Below, piece after piece: positions 29,086 to 38,301 of a DNA stretch of 64,000 nt (the first letter of the stretch is position 1; each line of letters opens with the position of its first letter). This DNA comes from Chloroflexota bacterium (GTDB lineage Bacteria > Chloroflexota > UBA11872 > VXOZ01). A program made the position numbers and the translations under genes. The notes below the pieces were generated by a model. That model did not search any database. It worked only from the letters and a program-made list of their open reading frames with translations, and was not told the origin of the DNA. The DNA lies in contig OY760183.1 of NCBI GenBank assembly GCA_963663275.1, positions 2,976,001-3,040,000 on the forward strand, given 5' to 3'.

Positions 29086-32000
29086 ATGTCTTCGCCAAAG
29101 CCGCCGTCCGCCGGTTATGTCGAGTTGCACGCCAAGAGTTTCTATTCCTTCGGCGTCGGCGCCTCCCACACGCACGAGTTGCTCGCCCAGGCCAAGGCGT
29201 TCGGGTACGGCGCGCTTGCCTTGACCGACACCAACCTCTGCGGGGCGCTGGAGTTCGCGCGCCTCGCCAACAGCCTGGAGATCCGGCCCATCACGGGTGG
29301 GGAACTGACCCTGCCGGACGGCGCGCGCATCGTCCTGCTGGCCAAGACGCGCGCGGGCTATGCCAACCTGTCGCGGCTGTTCACGCTGGCGAACGCCGTC
29401 GATCGCCGGGAGCCGCGGCTCGATCCGGCGCATCTGCCCCAACACGCCGCGGGCCTGATCCTGCTCACCGGCGGGCGCGGCGGGCCGCTGGCAAAACTGA
29501 TCGAGGCCGGACGCCACCAAACGGCGCTGGCGTTGTTAGAAGACTACGTGGAATGGTATGGCCGCGGCGCGGTGTACGTGGAGTTGCAGCAGAACTTTCT
29601 GCGCGGCGACACCAAGCGCAACAGCGAACTGGCGCGGCTTGCCGATGAGGCCGGCGTGCCCGTGGCGGCGACCAACGACGCGCTCTATCACGCGCCGGAG
29701 CGCTACCGGCTGCAGCACGCGCTGGAAGCCGCCAAGCGCAACCTCACCATCGACCAGGCGCTGCCCCACCTCAAACCCAACCATCACCTTCACCTGAAAC
29801 CCCACGCCGAGATGGAGCGAATCTTCGCGGGCTTGCCGGACGCCATCGGCAATACCGTCCGCATCGCGGAGCAGTGCGCCTTCGATCTCAGCGCCGACCT
29901 TGGCTACACCCTGCCCGATCCCGCCGTGCCGGAGGGCTTCACCCTGACACAGCACCTGCGCGCGCTCTGCGAGGCGGCGGCGGCGCGGCGCTACGGCGCG
30001 CTGACGGCACAAGTGCGGGCGCGCTTGGATGAGGAGTTCGACCTGATCGAGCGGCACAATCTGGCGGGCTTCCTGTTGCTGTACCGCGAGATTGTGGACA
30101 TCGCGCGGCAGATCATGGTGGAGCGCGGCCTGGTTGACCCCGAAACACCGCTGGAGGAGCGGCCGCCGGGGCGCGGGCGCGGCTCATCCGTGGCGCTTCT
30201 CGCCGGTTATCTCATCGGCATCAGCCACGTCGATCCGCTCAAGTGGAACCTCACCCTGGAGCGTTTCATCTCCGCCGACATGACCATGCTGCCCGACATC
30301 GACCTGGACTTCCCGCGCGAACTCAGAGACGCGCTGCTGGAGCGGGTGCACCGGCACTTTGGGCCGGAATACGCCGTGCTGGCCAGCGCCATCGCCACCT
30401 ATTCGGTCAAGGGCATCATCCAGGACCTGGGGAAAGCCCTGGGACTGCCCAAGGCAGACCTGTCGCTCCTTTCCAAGCAACTCCACTCGCACCAGGCCGG
30501 CAATCTCAAGGAAGAGATGCTGGCGCTGCCGGCTTTTCGGGAGAAAGTCACCGCCGCGGGCTGGCGCGACCTCATCGCGCTCGGCCCCGCGCTGATGGAC
30601 GCGCCCAAGGGCATCGGCCAGCACGTCGGCGGCATGATCCTGAGCGACACGCCTATTTCGGCGCTGGTACCCATCCGCGCCGGCGCCATGGAAGGCCGCT
30701 TCATCATGGACTGGAACAAGGACTCCGTGGCGGACGCCAACTTCGCCAAGATCGACCTCCTTTCCTTGCCCGTGCTCGACCAGATCGAAGAGGCGCTGAA
30801 CCTGATTGAAGCAAGCACCGGCGCGCGCCCGGACCTGAGCCGTATCGATCCCGAAGACCCCCAGGTGTACGGCATGATCAACGCGGGACGCTCCGTCGGC
30901 ATCTTCCTGCTCCAGTCGCCGGCGCAACTCAAGATGGGGCAGCGCCTGCGCTCTCAGAATCTGCTCGACCTGGCCTATCAGGTGGCGCTCATCCGTCCCG
31001 GCGTCGGCGTGCAGGGGAGCGCGGTCTCGCAGTTCGTGGAGCGGTACCGGCACGGCGTCGCCTGGGACTACGACCATCCCTTAGAAAAGCGCGCGCTGGA
31101 GCGGGGCTACGGCATCATCGTGTGGCAGGAGCAGGTGGTGCAACTCATCATGGACGTGGCCGGCATGACGGCGGCGCAAGCCGACGAGGTGCGGCGGGCC
31201 TTCACCAAGCCCAATAACGCCCACCTCATCGCCATGCACTGGCAACAATTTTTAAAAGGCTCTCAAAGTAGAGGAGTCTCTGAAGCAATTGCGCAGAAGA
31301 TCTTCGCCAAGATCAACGGCCACTACATGTTTCCGGAGAGCCACAGCCATGCGTTCGCCATCACCGCCTACCAGGCCGCCTGGCTGAAGCGCTACTATCC
31401 GCTGGAATTCTTCATCGGCCTGATGAACAACCAGCCCATGGGCTTCTATCCCCTGGAAACGCTCAAGCAGGATGCGCAGAGCTTTGGCGTGCCCTTTCTG
31501 AATCCGTGCGTGAACCGCAGCCAGGCGCGCTGCGTCCCCGCCGAGGGCGCGGTGCTGCTGGGTCTGCGGTTCGTCAAGGACGTAGGGGAAGAGGCGGCGC
31601 AGCGCATCGTCGCCGAACGGGAGAGCGGCGGCCCCTACACAGGAGCGGGCGACTTCGTGCGGCGGACGGGCGTAAAGCCCCAGGCGGTGCAATCGCTGGC
31701 GCTGGCGGGCGCGTTCGACATGATTACTGCGCTTTCAGTGAAAACGGCGCTTTCAGCGAAAACGGCGCCTCCGGCGAAAGCGCCGGCCGCAACCGTAGAT
31801 TATGCAACCGCAGGGCGCCGGAACCGGCGCGAGACGCTCTGGGCCGCCGGCCTTGCCATTCGTCCCGGCAAGCACGGGCAGCGCGCCTTTGCCATGGCGG
31901 CGCCGGACAGCGTGCCCCGCTTGGCGGACTTCAACGACTTCGAGCGCATGGTGGGCGAGTATGCCGTCATGGGCATCTACCCCAAGGGCCACCTGATGGA

Positions 32001-32340
32001 GCACTTCCGGCCCTCCCTGGGCCCCGAGGTGCTGCCTACCGTTGCCATCGAAGACGTGAAAGAGGGCGAGCGCATCCACGTAGCCGGTTGGCCGGTGGCG
32101 CGGCAGCATCCACGCGGCCGGGACGGCACGGTGTTCGTGACCATCGAGGACGAGGTGGGCAGCGTGCAACTCATCCTCTGGCCCCGGGTCTTTGCCCGCC
32201 ACCGCCGGGCGCTCGCCAGCCAGGTGATCCTGGCGACCGGCGAGGTATCGCGCTGGGACGGCGCCACCAACGTCATCGTCTCCGCGGTGCGGGCGCTCGA
32301 CGCCGCCGTGCCCATGCCCGCTTCCCACGACTGGCGCTGA
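29086..32340 (+). CDS. dnaE2: Error-prone DNA polymerase III alpha (DnaE2/ImuC)
   Basis: YVELHAKSFYSF, GRGSS, PDIDLD, KIDLL, FPESHS, NNQPMGFY, C-terminal SHDWR (S[RH]DF-like) motif. Confidence 0.92.
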   Translation: MSSPKPPSAGYVELHAKSFYSFGVGASHTHELLAQAKAFGYGALALTDTNLCGALEFARLANSLEIRPITGGELTLPDGARIVLLAKTRAGYANLSRLFTLANAVDRREPRLDPAHLPQHAAGLILLTGGRGGPLAKLIEAGRHQTALALLEDYVEWYGRGAVYVELQQNFLRGDTKRNSELARLADEAGVPVAATNDALYHAPERYRLQHALEAAKRNLTIDQALPHLKPNHHLHLKPHAEMERIFAGLPDAIGNTVRIAEQCAFDLSADLGYTLPDPAVPEGFTLTQHLRALCEAAAARRYGALTAQVRARLDEEFDLIERHNLAGFLLLYREIVDIARQIMVERGLVDPETPLEERPPGRGRGSSVALLAGYLIGISHVDPLKWNLTLERFISADMTMLPDIDLDFPRELRDALLERVHRHFGPEYAVLASAIATYSVKGIIQDLGKALGLPKADLSLLSKQLHSHQAGNLKEEMLALPAFREKVTAAGWRDLIALGPALMDAPKGIGQHVGGMILSDTPISALVPIRAGAMEGRFIMDWNKDSVADANFAKIDLLSLPVLDQIEEALNLIEASTGARPDLSRIDPEDPQVYGMINAGRSVGIFLLQSPAQLKMGQRLRSQNLLDLAYQVALIRPGVGVQGSAVSQFVERYRHGVAWDYDHPLEKRALERGYGIIVWQEQVVQLIMDVAGMTAAQADEVRRAFTKPNNAHLIAMHWQQFLKGSQSRGVSEAIAQKIFAKINGHYMFPESHSHAFAITAYQAAWLKRYYPLEFFIGLMNNQPMGFYPLETLKQDAQSFGVPFLNPCVNRSQARCVPAEGAVLLGLRFVKDVGEEAAQRIVAERESGGPYTGAGDFVRRTGVKPQAVQSLALAGAFDMITALSVKTALSAKTAPPAKAPAATVDYATAGRRNRRETLWAAGLAIRPGKHGQRAFAMAAPDSVPRLADFNDFERMVGEYAVMGIYPKGHLMEHFRPSLGPEVLPTVAIEDVKEGERIHVAGWPVARQHPRGRDGTVFVTIEDEVGSVQLILWPRVFARHRRALASQVILATGEVSRWDGATNVIVSAVRALDAAVPMPASHDWR

Positions 32341-32436
32341 CGTGAGCCAATCCCTGCGGCGCGCGGCGCGCGGCGCGATTATGGGATAATGCAACGACAC
32401 GAAGGCGCTCGCTGCCATACCAAGACGGAGGGGAGC

Positions 32437-33102
32437 ATGTGCGGCAGATACAGCCTGAAAGCGGACATTGCCCAACTCGCCATGCGGTTCGAATTCGCCG
32501 TCGATGACCTCGAGCACGAACCCGCCTACAACATCGCGCCCACCCAGCAGGTGCTCACCGTCACGAGCCAGAGCGAACGGCGCGCCCAGTACATGCGCTG
32601 GGGCTTGATCCCATTCTGGGCCAAGGATAAGAAGATCGGCTACCGCATGATCAACGCCCGGGGCGAGACCGTGGCGGAAAAGCCCAGCTTTCGCACCGCG
32701 CTGCGCAAGCGGCGCTGCCTGATCCTGGCCGACGGCTTCTACGAGTGGCAGAAACTCGGCGGCAAGCAAAAACGGCCCATGCGGATTACCCTCACGTCGG
32801 GCGAGCCGTTCGCCTTTGCCGGCCTCTGGGAGACGTGGCAAGACCCGGAAGGCGAGGTGGTCACGTCCTGCACCATCATCACGACCTCCGCCAATGACGC
32901 GCTGCGGCCCATACACGACCGAATGCCGGTCATCCTGCCCCAGGAAGCGGAAGCGTTCTGGTTGGACAAAACGGTTGAAGACCCTCTGGCGCTTGCCAGT
33001 GTGATCGCGTCCTACCCGGATGACGAACTGGAAGCGTTCGAGGTCTCTACCCTGGTAAACAATACGCGCAACAAGGGCCCTGAGGTGATGACCCCGGTGT
33101 GA
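32437..33102 (+). CDS. SRAP (SOS response-associated peptidase, YedK/HMCES family)
   Basis: MCGRY N-terminus, YNIAPT, INARGET, GFYEW, IHDRMPVIL. Confidence 0.93.
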   Translation: MCGRYSLKADIAQLAMRFEFAVDDLEHEPAYNIAPTQQVLTVTSQSERRAQYMRWGLIPFWAKDKKIGYRMINARGETVAEKPSFRTALRKRRCLILADGFYEWQKLGGKQKRPMRITLTSGEPFAFAGLWETWQDPEGEVVTSCTIITTSANDALRPIHDRMPVILPQEAEAFWLDKTVEDPLALASVIASYPDDELEAFEVSTLVNNTRNKGPEVMTPV

Positions 33103-33127
33103 ACAACCGGCCCAAGGAGACACGCCC

Positions 33128-33817
33128 ATGCTCATCGACACCGACTCATTCGCCACGCAGCGCATCGCCCCGGACGAAGTCCTCGAACCGGAGAAGACCG
33201 CCCTCATCATCATCGACATGATGAACCGGTTCTGCAATCCGGTGTGGCTGGCCCAAGGCGACCACCAACGGGCCGAGTGGTTCGCGCGCGAACTCGACTG
33301 CGTGATTCCCAACGTCACCGCCGCCCTCCACGGGTTTCGCGCGGCCGGCGCGCTTATCGTGCACGCCGTCTGCGCCAGGTGGACGCTGGACAAGCGCGAC
33401 GCCCCGCTCCACATGCGCGCTAGAGACTACGATCTCTTCGATACCCCGGCTATGTCGGTGATCGAGCCGCTTGCCCCCCTGCCCGGAGAGATGCTCATCC
33501 GCAAGACGACCGGCTCCGTCTTTACCGGCACGGGCCTGGAATACCTGCTGCGCCAGGCCGGCGTCGAAAACGTCGTGTTGTGCGGGCAGTACGGCAGCGC
33601 CTGCGTCTTCTACTCCCTGATACAAAGCCGGGAATACGGCTTCGCCAAGCGGATCTGGCTGGAGGACTGCATCCTGTACAGCAGTGAGGTCAACAAGCAC
33701 CTCTTCCCCGCCCTCGTCGGCCAGCATTGGGCCGTGCTGGCAACCAAGGAAGAGGCCGCCCGCGCGCTCTCGCCCGCCCCCGCGGCCGCAGCCCAGGCGC
33801 GCCCACAATCGTCGTGA
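33128..33817 (+). CDS. Isochorismatase-family cysteine hydrolase
   Basis: TALIIIDM, IRK..GSVFTGT, CG....CV catalytic pattern. Confidence 0.85.
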   Translation: MLIDTDSFATQRIAPDEVLEPEKTALIIIDMMNRFCNPVWLAQGDHQRAEWFARELDCVIPNVTAALHGFRAAGALIVHAVCARWTLDKRDAPLHMRARDYDLFDTPAMSVIEPLAPLPGEMLIRKTTGSVFTGTGLEYLLRQAGVENVVLCGQYGSACVFYSLIQSREYGFAKRIWLEDCILYSSEVNKHLFPALVGQHWAVLATKEEAARALSPAPAAAAQARPQSS

Positions 33818-33897
33818 GACCTCTCCGCCTGCCCCGTGAGACCTTTCTGCCTGCCGCTCGTTTGCCTTACACTGTCAGTAAGGGATTATCCTCACCT

Positions 33898-33995
33898 ATC
33901 CCCTCTCCCCGTGGAAGAGGGCCAGGGTGAGGGCCAAAATCAATGCCCGGCCTGCCTTGTCCCCTCTCCCCGTGGGAGAGGGTTAGGGTGAGGGC
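33898..33995 (+). repeat. Two copies of the CCCTCTCCC-N-GGGAGAGGG-TAGGGTGAGGG palindromic repeat
   Basis: Same family at 15722-15755, 43254-43392 and 50371-50428. Confidence 0.75.
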
Positions 33996-34033
33996 AAAAC
34001 CGAAGTTCTGCGCAGCGGAGAGAGGCAAGAGCT

Positions 34034-34255
34034 ATGGATCAACTGGGAATCATCATTATCGTCGCCGTTCTGGTCATAAGCGCCTGGTTCATCATCCCCC
34101 GGGTCTTCCCGCATCCGCAGATGATCTGCACCCGCTGCGAGGGCACCGGCGCGGTGGACGAAAAGTGGCCGAACCCCGACGAACCGAGCGGCTGGCACGA
34201 ACTCAAGGGCGCCTGCCCCAAGTGCGACGGCAAGGGCAAGGTGCGGGCGGCCTAG
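34034..34255 (+). CDS. Small single-pass membrane protein with DnaJ-type zinc finger
   Basis: N-terminal TM, then CTRCEGTG and CPKCDGKG (CxxCxGxG twice); GAGAGG RBS. Confidence 0.75.
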   Translation: MDQLGIIIIVAVLVISAWFIIPRVFPHPQMICTRCEGTGAVDEKWPNPDEPSGWHELKGACPKCDGKGKVRAA

Positions 34256-34296
34256 CGAAGCGTCCAGGCAGGAATGCGTTTGAGCAAGGCCGCGTC

Positions 34297-35250
34297 ATGC
34301 TCCTGATACCGATCGACGCCGAGCCGGAAGCGGGGCAGCGGCGGCGGCCGTTCGTCACCCTCGCCTTGGTCGCGCTCAACGTCGCCATGTTCGCGGCGGC
34401 GCATAGCCTGGGCTGGAGCGCCCGCGAGTACGGCCTGCAACCCGCCGGGCTCTGGGCCGGCGAAATCGACCAGTTGCGCAACCTGCTGCTCGCCGCCTTC
34501 CTCCACTTCGGCCCGCTGCACCTGGCCGGCAACATGCTCTTCCTCTGGGTCTTCGGCGGCAACGTGGAAGACGAAATGGGGCATGGGGGCTTTGCCGCCT
34601 TCTACCTGGCGTGCGGCATTGGCGCGGGCATCATAGAGTCCGCCATCTTTGCCGGCGACACCATCCCGCGCATTGGCGCCAGCGGCGCGATCGCCGGTGT
34701 GCTCGGCGCGTTCCTCGTCCTCTTTCCGCTCGCGCCCATCGGCATCATGCCGGTGCACGCAATCCCCTTCTGGGCGCTGGGTCTCCTAGACGGGCAGGGC
34801 GAGCGGCGTCCGCCCACGTTCGACGTATCGGCCCTGATCGTGATTGGGGTCTGGCTGGCGCTGCAAATCGTCGGCTCGCTGGGTTCGGCGGTAGGCCAGG
34901 GCGGCGGCATTGCCTACACGGCGCACTTGGGCGGGTTCGCCGTCGGCTTCGGGATCGTCCAGGCGCTGCGCCGCGGCTTCGGCTTCGCCCCCGACGCGGA
35001 CGATAGCGAGCCCGAGATCATCAGAGAGACGGGCAGCCAGGTGCTGGTTGCCAGACGCCCGCTGCCCGCCGGACACAGGCTATCGGCGGAGGATATGGAG
35101 CCGTACACGTGGCACCACGCCCTGCCCGCCGGGCACTTCAAACCGGAAGAGGCGCCGAGCCTCTACGGCAAGCGCCTCAGGCGCACGCGCTATCGCTACC
35201 AGGCCATCCTTGACGAAGACCTGGCGGCGGAAGAGTCTTCTTCAGCGTAG
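34297..35250 (+). CDS. Rhomboid intramembrane serine protease with C-terminal SAF-like domain
   Basis: HLAGNM, GASGA (Ser), AHLGG (His); tail VLVARRPLPAGHRLSAEDM...LYGKRLRR...AILDEDL. Confidence 0.85.
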   Translation: MLLIPIDAEPEAGQRRRPFVTLALVALNVAMFAAAHSLGWSAREYGLQPAGLWAGEIDQLRNLLLAAFLHFGPLHLAGNMLFLWVFGGNVEDEMGHGGFAAFYLACGIGAGIIESAIFAGDTIPRIGASGAIAGVLGAFLVLFPLAPIGIMPVHAIPFWALGLLDGQGERRPPTFDVSALIVIGVWLALQIVGSLGSAVGQGGGIAYTAHLGGFAVGFGIVQALRRGFGFAPDADDSEPEIIRETGSQVLVARRPLPAGHRLSAEDMEPYTWHHALPAGHFKPEEAPSLYGKRLRRTRYRYQAILDEDLAAEESSSA

Positions 35251-35307
35251 GCGCGCGTTGCGGCGCGCCGTTTGCCGGGCGGGGTTGTACGCGGCCGCGG
35301 AGCGCGT

Positions 35308-35754
35308 CTACTTTGGCGGCAGCTTGACGATCGCGAACCAGAAGTCTTCCAGCGACTGCACCACCGTGGAAAACTGTTCCAAGCCGACCGGCTTGGTGAT
35401 GTAGCAGTTCGCGTGCAGTTCGTAGCTCTTCAGGATGTCCTCATCCTGCGACGACGTGGTGAGCACGGCCACCGGGATCGTCTTCAGCGCCGGATCCTCT
35501 TTGATTTCCGCCAGCACCTCGCGCCCGTCCTTGCGGGGCATGTTGAGGTCCAGCAAGATGAGGTCCGGGCGGGGCACGGACTGGTACGCGCCCTCTTTCC
35601 GCAAGAACGCCAGCGCCTCCACTCCGTCGCCGACCACGTGCAGGTTCGTGCGAATCTTGCTGCCCAGCAGCGTTTCCTGGGTGAGCAGCACGTCGCCCGG
35701 ATCATCCTCGACCAGCAACACGTCAACCGGCTTCGCCGTGGGGTGTACCTGCAT
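35308..35754 (-). CDS. Single-domain response regulator (Rcp1-like)
   Basis: [29 protein letters not shown]. Confidence 0.92.
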   Translation of the reverse strand: MQVHPTAKPVDVLLVEDDPGDVLLTQETLLGSKIRTNLHVVGDGVEALAFLRKEGAYQSVPRPDLILLDLNMPRKDGREVLAEIKEDPALKTIPVAVLTTSSQDEDILKSYELHANCYITKPVGLEQFSTVVQSLEDFWFAIVKLPPK

Positions 35755-35760
35755 GTGCCT

Positions 35761-37143
35761 CTACTCCGGCGTGTGGGGCAGGCTGAAGCGGAAGGTCGCG
35801 CCGCTGCCCGCCGTGGATTCTACCCAGATGCGGCCGCCGTGCCGCTCCACGATCTTCTTGCACACCGCCAGGCCGATGCCCGTGCCGCCGTATTCCTCGC
35901 GGGTGTGCAGCCGCTGGAAGATGACGAAGATGCGCTCGGCGTACTCCGGCGCGATGCCGATGCCGTTGTCCCGCACCGAAAACACCCACTCGCCGCTCTC
36001 CTCAGCCGCGCCGACGTGGATGCGCGGCGGCGCTTCACCGCGATACTTGATGGCGTTGCCGACCAGATTCTGGAACACCCGCGCCAGTTGCGCCGCGTCC
36101 CCCACCACCCGGGGCAACGGGTCGTAGGTGACCAGCGCGCCGCTCTCCGCCGCGGCCAGTTCGAGATTGGCCAAGGCTTCCTCCAAGACCTCGTCCATAG
36201 CGGCCGGCGCAAACTCCGCTCCCCGGGTCGTTACTCGCGAGTAGAGCAGCAGGTCGTTGACCAGCGCCTGCATCCGCGTCGCCCCGTCCACGATGTAGTG
36301 CAGGTAGACGCCCCCTCGTTCGTCCAGTTTCTCGCCGTACCGCGTCTCCAGCAGATTGCAGAAACTGGCGATCTTGCGCAGCGGCTCTTGCAGGTCGTGG
36401 GACGCCACGTAGGCGAACTGCTCAAGCTCTTGATTGGAGCGGCGCAACTCGGCAACGGCCTTTTCCAGCGAAAGCTGCGCCGCTTCCAGTTTCTCGTACG
36501 CGAAAGCGTTGGCGATCGTGCCGGCAATCTGCGCGCCAATCCGTTCCGCCTGCGCCAGTTGATCCTCATCGTAGGCGTAGGGCCGCAGCGAGCGAATGTT
36601 CAGGGTGCCCACGAACACGCTGCGCGCGACGAGGGGCACGGCAATGCGGGTCTGAAAGTCGCCGCCAAGCTCCCGCGCCGGCTGGTGCCCGGCCTCTTCT
36701 TCTTCGGCCGGCGTCCTGAACAGGATTCCCCGGCGATCACGCTCCAGAATGTCGCTGATGCCGCCCGGCACGATGTCGTGCACCACGTTCCGTTCCCAGC
36801 CCGGAATGTCGCCGCCAACCGCGTACACGGCCTGCACGGTATGCGCTTCCATATCCACGGACGAAATCGAGAGACGGTCGAAGGGAATGAGCAGCGAGAC
36901 CTGGGAGGCAAACTGCTCGTAGATTTCGTCGATATTGAGGGTTGAACTGATGATGCGGCCGATCTCCGCCAGCACCTCGTACTCGGTGGCCTGGCGTTGC
37001 GGCCGCTCGCGGACGCGCGGCCCGGCCTCGTCTTCCCGCCGTTCTTCACCCCTCACGTGTCCGCTCCTCCCTGCGACCGGTCGCATCCATGGCCCGTGCG
37101 AAACCGGGGAGCCTACCCCAAACGCGCCTTCCCCGGCACACAC
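35761..37143 (-). CDS. Cytoplasmic GAF-domain histidine kinase (Cph1-type transmitter); true start probably near 37056-37089
   Basis: GAF region then FAYVASHDLQEPLR, QNLVGNAIKY, GTGIGLAVCKK. Confidence 0.88.
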   Translation of the reverse strand: MCAGEGAFGVGSPVSHGPWMRPVAGRSGHVRGEERREDEAGPRVRERPQRQATEYEVLAEIGRIISSTLNIDEIYEQFASQVSLLIPFDRLSISSVDMEAHTVQAVYAVGGDIPGWERNVVHDIVPGGISDILERDRRGILFRTPAEEEEAGHQPARELGGDFQTRIAVPLVARSVFVGTLNIRSLRPYAYDEDQLAQAERIGAQIAGTIANAFAYEKLEAAQLSLEKAVAELRRSNQELEQFAYVASHDLQEPLRKIASFCNLLETRYGEKLDERGGVYLHYIVDGATRMQALVNDLLLYSRVTTRGAEFAPAAMDEVLEEALANLELAAAESGALVTYDPLPRVVGDAAQLARVFQNLVGNAIKYRGEAPPRIHVGAAEESGEWVFSVRDNGIGIAPEYAERIFVIFQRLHTREEYGGTGIGLAVCKKIVERHGGRIWVESTAGSGATFRFSLPHTPE

Positions 37144-37179
37144 GCGGCGCGAGTATGCTAGAGTGATACGTACATCCTT

Positions 37180-37626
37180 GTGAGAAGTCTACCACACCAA
37201 TCGATCAAGGGAGCCGACGCCGGTATGGACACGAATATCTTCGAAATCCTCCTCGTGGAAGACGATAGCGGCGACGCTGAACTGCTCTACGAGTTGCTGG
37301 AACAGGTGCCCAACATGCAGTTCGACGTGACGCACGTGACGCGACTTGCTGAGGCCAGCGAGCAGACGAAGGTAGAACCCTATGACGTCATCCTGCTGGA
37401 CCTGGCGCTGCCCGACAGCCAGGGCATAGACACCATACGCGCCATGGTGGCGGCCGCTCCCGCGACTCCCATCGTCGTGCTCACGGGCCTCGACGATGAA
37501 GAGACCGGCCTCGCGGCGCTCAGGAACGGCGCGCAGGACTACCTGGTGAAGGGTATGGTGGATAGCGGCGCGGTGACCCGCGCCATGCGGTTCGCCATGC
37601 AGCGGCACAGGGAACCGCAGTCTTGA
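37180..37626 (+). CDS. Response regulator receiver protein
   Basis: LLVEDD, LLDLALPD, VVLTG, GAQDYLVK; likely start at MDTNIF. Confidence 0.88.
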   Translation: MRSLPHQSIKGADAGMDTNIFEILLVEDDSGDAELLYELLEQVPNMQFDVTHVTRLAEASEQTKVEPYDVILLDLALPDSQGIDTIRAMVAAAPATPIVVLTGLDDEETGLAALRNGAQDYLVKGMVDSGAVTRAMRFAMQRHREPQS

Positions 37627-37665
37627 CGCGAACGGCGCTGGGAACGCCGCCGCGGCCCCGCCCGG

Positions 37666-38292
37666 CTAGAGTTGCTTCTCTGCCATGATCTTGCCGACGA
37701 TCCTCACCGCCGTGTCGCTATCGGTGCGCGCCATGTTGATGACGATGTCGTAGAGGGTCGGCTCGTCCCAATCCACGTTGAACATGCGGCGGATGTAGGC
37801 GCGGCGCTCGCTGTCGGTGCGCTGCACTTCTTCATCGGCCTCGCCGAGGTTCATGCCAACCGTCCGCGCGTGATTGCGGGCGCGAAACTCCTGCGGGGCG
37901 ACCAGGCGCAGTTTGAGCACGCCCCGCAAGTCGCTGAGGATGATGCCGGCGCCGCGGCCGACGATGATGGCGTTGTCGCGCCGGGCAATCTCGCGCACCA
38001 CCGAGCGCAACGCCGTGCGGACGATTTCGGGCCGCACGCCGCCCTCTTCGCGGGTCGCCGCCGCCTGGCCACGCACCCGCCCGCCGGTGAGCCGCGCCAG
38101 CACGCTCTGAATCGCGCTGGGCGCCAGCCGCTCGTCCAGCGCCCGCACCACGCCGGTGTGCACTTCCAACTCCGCGGCCACTTGCTGGATGAGCCGGTCG
38201 TCGTACAGCGGATAGCCCAGGGCGTCGGTCAGCTTGTTCGTAAACTCGACCTCGCCGGAACCGCGCTGGCGTGAAATGGTAATGATTGCCAC
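37666..38292 (-). CDS. Cytidylate kinase-like family protein
   Basis: IITISRQRGSG, IIVGRG, YDIVIN. Confidence 0.85.
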   Translation of the reverse strand: MAIITISRQRGSGEVEFTNKLTDALGYPLYDDRLIQQVAAELEVHTGVVRALDERLAPSAIQSVLARLTGGRVRGQAAATREEGGVRPEIVRTALRSVVREIARRDNAIIVGRGAGIILSDLRGVLKLRLVAPQEFRARNHARTVGMNLGEADEEVQRTDSERRAYIRRMFNVDWDEPTLYDIVINMARTDSDTAVRIVGKIMAEKQL

Positions 38293-38301
38293 GGGAGCCT
38301 C

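Noticed and set aside
35761-37143. Bacteriophytochrome
   Set aside because: Only one GAF before the kinase; no PAS-GAF-PHY core or DIP motif
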